Shown here in pieces: positions 53,581 through 63,102 of a stretch of DNA of 64,000 nt; the first letter of the stretch is position 1, and every line of letters starts with the position of its first letter. Both the position numbers and the translations under genes were made by a program. The stretch comes from Octopus vulgaris (taxonomy: Eukaryota). Under the pieces are notes generated by a model, which searched no databases, had not been told where the DNA came from, and was given only the letters and a program-made list of their open reading frames with translations. The stretch spans positions 101,122,001-101,186,000 of the forward strand of contig OX597823.1 in NCBI GenBank assembly GCA_951406725.2. The letters run 5' to 3'.

Positions 53581-55571
53581 TTTATTTTATATAATTTGCC
53601 ACTAGGGCAGCACACAGAGTAGTAGCTACGGGCTGGACAAGGACATTAATGGATGATGGTGGTGGTGGATGAAGATGGTGATGGGAGAAGTCGAAAGCGC
53701 CCGCCGACTTTCGCTTCTCTAAAACAATGTTTCAATAAATACATTTAATAAAATGTTCACAATGATTTAAATTACATAAAAATGTTCAACAATTCTTCTC
53801 GTCAGGTCCCCGAAGCAAATTGTCTTGCCGCCTGCAGACAACTCTGCGACGACAAGTCGGGGCCTGCAAAGAGAAAAGTAAAGTCTTTCTTTTCAAAGGT
53901 CTCTGCGACCCTTGACAAAGTATCTTCTGTTACTTTTTCCGCAGCTACCCGCGGAGGCCATAACGGACTCCTTGAGCCGACCGTGCCCTTACGTTCTCGG
54001 TCACCCAAGCCATTCAAGAATCTTTCCACCTCCTCTCCCTTGTGGTAAAGGAGGAGAAGCATCTCCTCTTCACAGGGAGGGACCTCACACTGCTCCGTCA
54101 GTGGCACGCTTCCTACTGGCGGAGCCTTGTCCGCGGGTGGCACACATCCCACCCGCGGCTCCGTCGGCGACACAGAAACGTCAGTCGTCCGACCTCTCCT
54201 TTTATTCCTCCTCCTTTTGGGGGAGACTGCTGACCCAGGGGACTCCGTCACCAGACACGGGGGATTGCTATCCCCCTTCGCCCCCTGAGCGTTCTTTGGC
54301 GGGCAACCATTGTTGCTCGCCTTTCTCTTTCTTTTCGTGGAGGCAACCTCCTCCACGACTTCCATCGTCTCCCCCTCCAATGAGGGGGCGGCGGGCGCCT
54401 TTTCCCCTCTCTGCTCCGGGGCACCACCACGGCCCCTGGGACAATTCTTCCTGATATGTCCGGGCTTCAGGCACAGGTGACACTTGGGGGGGCGACCCTC
54501 GAGTATCACCGGGTACCTGTGCCCAGCCATTCTCAGGAAGTCCGGGAATTTCATTTCCCCCACGGCTACCGGTGTCCACAGGATCAAAGTTGCCCTCGAC
54601 CCCTGCCAGGCGACCGCGGGAGCCACCTTCACACTCAGCAGTCTGGGTCCGCTATCCCCCAGGCCTCGCCGGATGGTCTTCTCGATCCATTCCGCCTCCG
54701 TGCCCGGGGGCAGCCCACACACCCAGGCTCTTTTCACTTTTCTGCCACAATACGAGGGGAGGAACAAAATTTCATCTCCCTCCAGTGGCTCGCTAGCAAA
54801 TCTGCTAGCTTCCTCGGGGGTACCAAACAGCAACCAGACCGTTGCAAATTTAGTCCCCCGAGAAATAAATTTTATAGTTGGCAGGTATTCCCCCAACTCT
54901 TTCTCTATAGTATTCCTGTCGAAGAGGGCAATGACTCCACGCGACCTAGAATAGGTTCGTAGGACCACCGTCCTCTTCTCAAGACTTTCAATCCACTGCT
55001 TGGGTGGGACGACCTCCCATTCCAAAGCGGTGGTTTCTTTTGTTGCCGTGTTTTTTTTGTTTTTTTTTAAATAAATGTATTTAGAATAAAACTAAAAAAC
55101 GAGAAGAAAAGGAAATCCGAAGAAAGTCACAATGAAAAAAGGAGAGAGTCAAATAAAGTTGAAAAGAAAGTCAAATAAAGTTAAAAAGAAAGTCAAAAAC
55201 ACAGCAAAATCCTTTTGGCCATTTGGTACTCCCGGCCTAAATCGAACCAGGATCGCACAACTTCCACAAAAATTGGTGTAAAATTGGTAGTTCTTCACAG
55301 CACCATACAATTTTCACAATTCGAAGACGGATACGCCCCCAAAAACTTTCTCAGCGAGAAAAATATATCTGCCACATGTCGGCAGAATCAGAATTCTGAA
55401 TCCAGTAGGACTTCCTGCATGTAAAATATAATTCTCAACAAAAACTCCCACTGGACCCAGAAAACAGAATCTTACCTTACATGGGGCTTCCAAAGTTTCA
55501 ATTCAAGACGGCTTCAATAGCACATCTTCACTGCTTCAGTAGCAAACACAACACTGACTCGCACATGCGCA
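53581..55571 (-). mobile_element. ORF1-only element, unit A2 (~1.99 kb)
   Basis: Bounded by the junction motif at 53568-53580 and 55572-55584. Confidence 0.9.
53802..55049 (-). CDS. ORF1-like nucleic-acid-binding protein; open frame, but start codon reads ACG (ATG in sister units)
   Basis: CHLCLKPGHIRKNC (CX2CX4HX4C); basic KRKRK and PKRRRNKRR stretches. Confidence 0.75.
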   Translation of the reverse strand, partial: TATKETTALEWEVVPPKQWIESLEKRTVVLRTYSRSRGVIALFDRNTIEKELGEYLPTIKFISRGTKFATVWLLFGTPEEASRFASEPLEGDEILFLPSYCGRKVKRAWVCGLPPGTEAEWIEKTIRRGLGDSGPRLLSVKVAPAVAWQGSRATLILWTPVAVGEMKFPDFLRMAGHRYPVILEGRPPKCHLCLKPGHIRKNCPRGRGGAPEQRGEKAPAAPSLEGETMEVVEEVASTKRKRKASNNGCPPKNAQGAKGDSNPPCLVTESPGSAVSPKRRRNKRRGRTTDVSVSPTEPRVGCVPPADKAPPVGSVPLTEQCEVPPCEEEMLLLLYHKGEEVERFLNGLGDRERKGTVGSRSPLWPPRVAAEKVTEDTLSRVAETFEKKDFTFLFAGPDLSSQSCLQAARQFASGT

Positions 55572-55584
55572 GTTAGCAAGCTAC

Positions 55585-57092
55585 TTTATTTCAACTATTT
55601 TGCCATAAAGGCATTACATAGAGGGGACACTACAAAAACATGTGGGGACATATAACAATTAAAAATAAAATGGTACTGTGAGTGACATGAAAATGAACGT
55701 GAGAAAATAAATTAAGTTTATGATAACATGCATGATATCTGAAAATGAAATATGAAATATGACGAGTGTGCTACTCACCCCACTTTGAGCAACACCACTC
55801 GCTGCCTTTGAGTCTGAATTCTTCTCTAATCTCTGGTCTAGTCCTTCTTTTTCCATTCTCGCTATCACTTAAAGACAACTTTCTTTCGCAACCTTTTTCA
55901 CCGGGGGAGGGGTTTTCTGAATTCTGTGGTGTCTGCTCTTTTTTCTTTTTCTTTTTTTCTTGTGGGGAATGGGAGTGGGTGGGTCTGGTGTCTGTATGGG
56001 GCGGGTGGGTCTGAGTGGTCTTGGGTGGGATGGAGTTGGACTGGGGTACCATTTCACACTCAGTGTTCTTTCTTTTCTTCCTCTTCTTACTTCTGCTCTC
56101 TGCTACTATCCATTCTACCTCCTTTCGTCCGTCTTTGTCTTCGTCCTCTTTTTTCTTCTTTGTCTCCGCAACTGGTTCATCTATTTTTTCCTCTTTTTCT
56201 TCTGTAGGGAGCAGTGTGCTCTTTTTCTTCTGTAGGGGGCAGTGTGCTCTAATGTGGCCTTTTTGGCCACATTTAAAGCACCGCGGGGTTCTGCCTTCTA
56301 CCCATACTCTCAGTACCATTTCTCCCACTGACACCGTTTCCGCCAAATTTTCCAGCTCCTTCGCCTCCGCTTGTATGGTCATTTCCAGTAGTTTTCCTTT
56401 GTAACTTCTTTCCTCTGTCTCTGTGGCTTGGAGGACAGTCACCTCCTCACTTCCAACGAGGACGGCTGCCGCAACCCAAGCCACCTTTATGTCAGGTGGA
56501 ATTCCTTCTACCCTCACCTTAGAATTTTTTCTTCCAAGATAAGAGGGTAGAAGCACCAGTTCCTCAGCTTTTACGGTTGCACTTGCCAGCCTTCTCGCCT
56601 CCTCCTCTGTTTTAAACTGGACAACCACCGTCCCATATCCGCTTCCGTTTGCTATGTATGTTACTTCGTTCGAAAGCCCCTTGAGAGCTTTTTCTATTTT
56701 TTCCATATTCATCTGCTCCACTCTCCTACTCTCCACTGAGTGCACCTTGTAGGTGATGGTTTTTCTTTCCATATTCACCATGACCGTTTTCGGGGGTAGT
56801 AACTTTACGTCACTTCCCACCTTCTGTGTCATCTTATACAGCTCCTTCAGTTCAGTCAGGTCCACTTCCTTTCTCTTCACTCCCGCCGCGTCAGCAAAAC
56901 TCTTAATTTTCTCCAAATGTTGGTCCATCCTGTTCACCGCCTTAACGAGCTCCTCCTCAGATGTGGACAGCTCGTACTCGCTAAGGTCCGAATACATTAT
57001 TTTCCACTCGCCAACAAACCACTGGCGAGCAGCTCAAAGGATTCTGTCCGCCTAGTCAAAACTTGACACAGTAAACAACTCGACGCATGCGC
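55585..57092 (-). mobile_element. ORF1-only element, unit B (distinct family, ~1.5 kb)
   Basis: Bounded by junction motifs 55572-55584 and 57093-57106; body not visibly similar to A in nucleotide sequence but shares terminal motifs. Confidence 0.85.
55771..56997 (-). CDS. Intact 408-aa ORF1-like protein (helical N-terminus, RRM-like, CCHC, Lys/Glu-rich tail)
   Basis: YGTVVVQFKTEEEARR, LLPSYLGRK..VRVEGIPPDI, VWVEGRTPRCFKCGQKGHIRAHCP; motifs colinear with family A. Confidence 0.85.
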   Translation of the reverse strand: MYSDLSEYELSTSEEELVKAVNRMDQHLEKIKSFADAAGVKRKEVDLTELKELYKMTQKVGSDVKLLPPKTVMVNMERKTITYKVHSVESRRVEQMNMEKIEKALKGLSNEVTYIANGSGYGTVVVQFKTEEEARRLASATVKAEELVLLPSYLGRKNSKVRVEGIPPDIKVAWVAAAVLVGSEEVTVLQATETEERSYKGKLLEMTIQAEAKELENLAETVSVGEMVLRVWVEGRTPRCFKCGQKGHIRAHCPLQKKKSTLLPTEEKEEKIDEPVAETKKKKEDEDKDGRKEVEWIVAESRSKKRKKRKNTECEMVPQSNSIPPKTTQTHPPHTDTRPTHSHSPQEKKKKKKEQTPQNSENPSPGEKGCERKLSLSDSENGKRRTRPEIREEFRLKGSEWCCSKWGE

Positions 57093-57106
57093 GTTAGCAA
57101 AGCTAC

Positions 57107-59091
57107 TTTATTTTAAATAATTTGCCACTAGGGCAGCACACAGAGTAGTAGCTACGGGCTGGACAAGGACATTAATGGATGATGGTGGTGGTTGATGAAG
57201 ATGGTGATGGGAGAAGTCGAAAGCGCCCGCCGACTTTTGCTTCTCTAAAACAATGTTTCAATAAATACATTTAATAAACAATGATTCAAATTACATAAAA
57301 ATGTTCAACAATTCTTCTCGTCAGGTCCCCGAAGCAAATTGTCTTGCCGCCTGCAGACAACTCTGCGACGACAAGTCGGGGCCTGCAAAGAGAAAGGTAA
57401 AGTCTTTCTTTTCAAAGGTCTCTGCGACCCTTGACAAAGTATCTTCCGTTACTTTTTCCGCAGCTACCTGCGGAGGCCATAACGGACTCCTTGAGTCGAC
57501 CGTGTCCTTACGCTCTCGGTCACCCAAGCCATTCAAGAATCTTTCAACCTCCTCTCCCTTGTGGTAAAGGAGGAGAAGCATCTCCTCTTCACAGGGAGGG
57601 ACCTCACACTGCTCCGTCGGTGGCACACTTCCCACTGGCGGAGCCTTGTCCGCAGGTGGCACACATCCCACCCGCGGCTCCGTCGGCGACACAGAAACGT
57701 CAGTCGTCCGACCTCTTCTTTTCTCCTCCTTCTTTTGGGGGAGACTGCTGACCCAGGGGACTCCGTCACCAGACACGGGGGATTGCTATCCCCCTTCGCC
57801 CCCTGAGCGTTCTTTGGCGGGCAACCATTGTTGCTCGCCTTTCTCTTTCTTTTCGTGGAGGCAACCTCCTCCACGACTTCCATCGTCTCCCCCTCCAATG
57901 AGGGGGCGGCGGGCGCCTTTTCCCCTCTCTGCTCCGGGGCACCACTACGGCCCCTGGGACAATTCTTCCTGATATGTCCGGGCTTCAGGCACAGGTGACA
58001 CTTGGGGTGGCGACCCTCGAGTATCACCGGGTACCTGTGCCCAGCCATTCTCAGGAAGTCCGGGAATTTCATTTGCCCCACGGCTACCGGTGTCCACAGG
58101 GTCAAGGTTGCCCTCGACCCCTGCCAGGCGACCGCGGGAGCCACCTTCACACTTAGCAGTCTGGGTCCGCTATCCCCCAGGCCTCGCCGGATGGTCTTTT
58201 CGATCCATTCCGCCTCCGTGCCCGGGGGCAGCCCACACACCCAGGCTCTTTTCACTTTTCTGCCACAATACGAGGGGAGGAACAAAATTTCCTCTCCCTC
58301 CAGTGGCTCGCTAGCAAATCTGCTAGCTTCCTCGGGGGTACCAAATAGCAACCAGACCGTTGCAAATTTGCTCCCCGAGAAATAAATTTTATAGTTGGCA
58401 GGTAGTCCCCCAACTCTTTCTCTATAGTATTCTTGTCGAAGAGGGCAATGGCTCCACGCGACCTAGAATAGGTTCGTAGGACCACCGTCCTCTTCTCAAG
58501 ACTTTCAATCCACCGCTTTGGTGGGACGACCTCCCATTCCAAAGCGGTGGTTTCTTTTGTTGCCATGTTTTTTTTTGTTTTTTTTTTTAAATAAATGTAT
58601 TTAGAATAAAACTAAAAAACGAGAAGAAAAGGAAATCCGAAGAATGTCACAATGAAAAACGGAGAGAGTCAAATAAAGTTGAAAAGAAAGTCAAATAAAG
58701 TTAAAAAGAAAGTCAAAAACACAGCAAAATCCTTTTGGCCATTTGGTACTCCCGGCCTAAATCGAACCAGGATCGCACAGCTTCCACAAAAATTGGTGTA
58801 AAATTGGTAGTTCTTCACAGCACCATACAATTTTCACAATTCGAAGACGGATACGCCCCCCAAAATTTTCTCAGCGAGAAAAATATATCTGCCACATGTC
58901 GGCAGAATCAGAATTCTGAATCCAGTAGGACTTCCTGCATGTAAAAAATAATTCTCAACAAAAACTCCCACTGGACCCAGAAAACAGAATCTTACCTTCC
59001 ATGGGGCTTCCAAAGTTTCAATTCAAGACGGCTTCAAAAGCACATCTTCACTGCTTCAGTAGCAAACACAACACTGACTCGCACATGCGCA
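57107..59091 (-). mobile_element. ORF1-only element, unit A3 (ORF 57321-58566 with two homopolymer frameshifts)
   Basis: Junction motifs GTTAGCAAAGCTAC at 57093 and 59092; near-identical to A5. Confidence 0.9.
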
Positions 59092-59105
59092 GTTAGCAAA
59101 GCTAC

Positions 59106-61089
59106 TTTATTTTAAATAATTTGCCACTAGGGCAGCACACAGAGTAGTAGCTACGGGCTGGACAAGGACATTAATGGATGATGGTGGTGGTTGATGAAGA
59201 TGGTGATGGGAGAAGTCGAAAGCGCCCGCCGACTTTTGCTTCTCTAAAACAATGTTTCAATAAATACATTTAATAAACAATGATTCAAATTGCATAAAAA
59301 TGTTCAACAATTCTTCTCGTCAGGTCCCCGAAGCAAATTGTCTTGCCGCCTGCAGACAACTCTGCGACGACAAGTCGGGGCCTGCAAAGAGAAAGGTAAA
59401 GTCTTTCTTTTCAAAGGTCTCTGCGACCCTTGACAAAGTATCTTCTGTTACTTTCTCCGCAGCTACCTGCGGAGGCCATAACGGACTCCTTGAGCCGACC
59501 GTGTCCTTACGCTCTCGGTCACCCAAGCCAGTCAAGAATCTTTCAACCTTCTCTCCCTTGTGGTAAAGGAGGAGAAGCATCTCCTCTTCACAGGGAGGGA
59601 CCTCACACTCCTCCGTCGGTGGCACACTTCCCACTGGCGGAGCCTTGTCCGCGGGTGGCACACATCCCACCCGCGGCTCCGTCGGCGACACAGAAACGTC
59701 AGTCGTCCGACCTCTCCTTTTTCTCCTCCTTCTTTTGGGGGAGACTGCTGACCCAGGGGACTCCGTCACCAGACACGGGGGATTGCTATCCCCCTTCGCC
59801 CCCTGAGCGTTCTTTGGCGGGCAACCATTGTTGCTCGCCTTTCTTTCTTTTCGTGGAGGCAACCTCCTCCACGACTTCCATCGTCTCCCCCTCCAATGAG
59901 GGGGCGGCGGGCGCCTTTTCCCCTCTCTGCTCCGGGGCACCACTACGGCCCCTGGGACAATTCTTCCTGATATGTCCGGGCTTCAGGCACAGGTGACACT
60001 TGGGGGGGCGACCCTCGAGTATCACCGGGTACCTGTGCCCAGCCATTCTCAGGAAGTCCGGGAATTTCATTTGCCCCACGGCTACCGGTGTCCACAGGGT
60101 CAAGGTTGCCCTCGACCCCTGCCAGGCGACCGCGGGAGCCACCTTCACACTTAGCAGTCTGGGTCCGCTATCCCCCAGGCCTCGCCGGATGGTCTTTTCG
60201 ATCCATTCCGCCTCCGTGCCCGGGGGCAGCCCACACACCCAGGCTCTTTTCACTTTTCTGCCACAATACGAGGGGAGGAACAAAATTTCCTCTCCCTCCA
60301 GTGGCTCGCTAGCAAATCTGCTAGCTTCCTCGGGGGTACCAAACAGCAACCAGACCGTTGCAAATTTGCTCCCCGAGAAATAAATTTTATAGTTGGCAGG
60401 TAGTCCCCCAACTCTTTCTCTATAGTATTCTTGTCGAAGAGGGCAATGGCTCCACGCGACCTAGAATAGGTTCGTAGGACCACCGTCCTCTTCTCAAGAC
60501 TTTCAATCCACCGCTTTGGTGGGACGACCTCCCATTCCAAAGCGGTGGTTTCTTTTGTTGCCATGTTTTTTTTTGTTTTTTTTTTTAAATAAATGTATTT
60601 AGAATAAAACTAAAAAACGAGAAGAAAAGGAAATCCGAAGAATGTCACAATGAAAAACGGAGAGAGTCAAATAAAGTTGAAAAGAAAGTCAAATAAAGTT
60701 AAAAAGAAAGTCAAAAACACAGCAAAATCCTTTTGGCCATTTGGTACTCCCGGCCTAAATCGAACCAGGATCGCACAGCTTCCACAAAAATTGGTGTAAA
60801 ATTGGTAGTTCTTCACAGCACCATACAATTTTCACAATTCGAAGACGGATACGCCCCCCAAAATTTTCTCAGCGAGAAAAATATATCTGCCACATGTCGG
60901 CAGAATCAGAATTCTGAATCCAGTAGGACTTCCTGCATGTAAAAAATAATTCTCAACAAAAACTCCCACTGGACCCAGAAAACAGAATCTTACCTTCCAT
61001 GGGGCTTCCAAAGTTTCAATTCAAGACGGCTTCAAAAGCACATCTTCACTGCTTCAGTAGCAAACACAACACTGACTCGCACATGCGCA
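59106..61089 (-). mobile_element. ORF1-only element, unit A4 (ORF 59320-60564, frameshifted)
   Basis: Junction motifs at 59092 and 61090. Confidence 0.9.
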
Positions 61090-61103
61090 GTTAGCAAAGC
61101 TAC

Positions 61104-63088
61104 TTTATTTTATATAATTTGCCACTAGGGCAGCACACAGAGTAGTAGCTACGGGCTGGACAAGGACATTAATGGATGATGGTGGTGGTGGATGAAGATG
61201 GTGATGGGAGAAGTCGAAAGCGCCCGCCGACTTTTGCTTCTCTAAAACAACGTTTCAATAAATACATTTAATAAACAATGATTCAAATTACATAAAAATG
61301 TTCAACAATTCTTCTCGTCAGGTCCCCGAAGCAAATTGTCTTGCCGCCTGCAGACAACTCTGCGACGACAAGTCGGGGCCTGCAAAGAGAAAGGTAAAGT
61401 CTTTCTTTTCAAAGGTCTCTGCGACCCTTGACAAAGTATCTTCCGTTACTTTTTCCGCAGCTACCTGCGGAGGCCATAACGGACTCCTTGAGTCGACCGT
61501 GTCCTTACGCTCTCGGTCACCCAAGCCATTCAAGAATCTTTCAACCTCCTCTCCCTTGTGGTAAAGGAGGAGAAGCATCTCCTCTTCACAGGGAGGGACC
61601 TCACACTGCTCCGTCGGTGGCACACTTCCCACTGGCGGAGCCTTGTCCGCGGGTGGCACACATCCCACCCGCGGCTCCATCGGCGACACAGAAACGTCAG
61701 TCGTCCGACCTCTTCTTTTTCTCCTCCTTCTTTTGGGGGAGACTGCTGACCCAGGGGACTCCGTCACCAGACACGGGGGATTGCTATCCCCCTTCGCCCC
61801 CTGAGCGTTCTTTGGCGGGCAACCATTGTTGCTCGCCTTTCTCTTTCTTTTCGTGGAGGCAACCTCCTCCACGACTTCCATCGTCTCCCCCTCCAATGAG
61901 GGGGCGGCGGGCGCCTTTTCCCCTCTCTGCTCCGGGGCACCACTGCGGCCCCTGGGACAATTCTTCCTGATATGTCCGGGCTTCAGGCACAGGTGACACT
62001 TGGGGGGGCGACCCTCGAGTATCACCGGGTACCTGTGCCCAGCCATTCTCAGGAAGTCCGGGAATTTCATTTGCCCCACGGCTACCGGTGTCCACAGGGT
62101 CAAGGTTGCCCTCGACCCCTGCCAGACCGCGGGAGCCACCTTCACACTTAGCAGTCTGGGTCCGCTATCCCCCAGGCCTCGCCGGATGGTCTTTTCGATC
62201 CATTCCGCCTCCGTGCCCGGGGGCAGCCCACACACCCAGGCTCTTTTCACTTTTCTGCCACAATACGAGGGGAGGAACAAAATTTCCTCTCCCTCCAGTG
62301 GCTCGCTAGCAAATCTGCTAGCTTCCTCGGGGGTACCAAACAGCAACCAGACCGTTGCAAATTTGCTCCCCCGAGAAATAAATTTTATAGTTGGCAGGTA
62401 GTCCCCCAACTCTTTCTCTATAGTATTCTTGTCGAAGAGGGCAATGGCTCCACGCGACCTAGAATAGGTTCGTAGGACCACCGTCCTCTTCTCAAGACTT
62501 TCAATCCACTGCTTTGGTGGGACGACCTCCCATTCCAAAGCGGTGGTTTCTTTTGTTGCCATGTTTTTTTTTTTTTTTTTTTTTTTAAATAAATGTATTT
62601 AGAATAAAACTAAAAAACGAGAAGAAAAGGAAATCCGAAGAATGTCACAATGAAAAACGGAGAGAGTCAAATAAAGTTGAAAAGAAAGTCAAATAAAGTT
62701 AAAAAGAAAGTCAAAAACACAGCAAAATCCTTTTGGCCATTTGGTACTCCCGGCCTAAATCGAACCAGGATCGCACAGCTTCCACAAAAATTGGTGTAAA
62801 ATTGGTAGTTCTTCACAGCACCATACAATTTTCACAATTCGAAGACGGATACGCCCCCCAAAATTTTCTCAGCGAGAAAATATATCTGCCACATGTCGGC
62901 AGAATCAGAATTCTGAATCCAGTAGGACTTCCTGCATGTAAAAAATAATTCTCAACAAAAACTCCCACTGGACCCAGAAAACAGAATCTTACCTTACATG
63001 GGGCTTCCAAAGTTTCAATTCAAGACGGCTTCAAAAGCACATCTTCACTGCTTCAGTAGCAAACACAACACTGACTCGCACATGCGCA
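61104..63088 (-). mobile_element. ORF1-only element, unit A5 (intact)
   Basis: Junction motifs at 61090 and 63089. Confidence 0.9.
61318..62562 (-). CDS. Intact 414-aa ORF1-like protein (RRM-like x2 + CCHC knuckle + basic region + C-terminal domain)
   Basis: ATG preceded by an A-run; CHLCLKPGHIRKNC; no RT or endonuclease ORF follows before AATAAA ~210 nt downstream. Confidence 0.85.
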   Translation of the reverse strand: MATKETTALEWEVVPPKQWIESLEKRTVVLRTYSRSRGAIALFDKNTIEKELGDYLPTIKFISRGSKFATVWLLFGTPEEASRFASEPLEGEEILFLPSYCGRKVKRAWVCGLPPGTEAEWIEKTIRRGLGDSGPRLLSVKVAPAVWQGSRATLTLWTPVAVGQMKFPDFLRMAGHRYPVILEGRPPKCHLCLKPGHIRKNCPRGRSGAPEQRGEKAPAAPSLEGETMEVVEEVASTKRKRKASNNGCPPKNAQGAKGDSNPPCLVTESPGSAVSPKRRRRKRRGRTTDVSVSPMEPRVGCVPPADKAPPVGSVPPTEQCEVPPCEEEMLLLLYHKGEEVERFLNGLGDRERKDTVDSRSPLWPPQVAAEKVTEDTLSRVAETFEKKDFTFLFAGPDLSSQSCLQAARQFASGT

Positions 63089-63102
63089 GTTAGCAAAGCT
63101 AC

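Noticed and set aside
53782-54962. Plus-strand ORFs repeated in each A unit (e.g. MFNNSSRQ.., MAIWYSRP..)
   Set aside because: They are antisense shadows of a GC-rich ORF or leader; recurrence reflects unit identity, not selection.
53581-63088. LTR-retrotransposon gag-only elements or a tandem host zinc-knuckle gene family
   Set aside because: No LTRs, PBS or PPT are visible. Units end at AATAAA against a duplicated SINE segment, and ORF motifs fit non-LTR ORF1. Domestication is not excluded but is unsupported.
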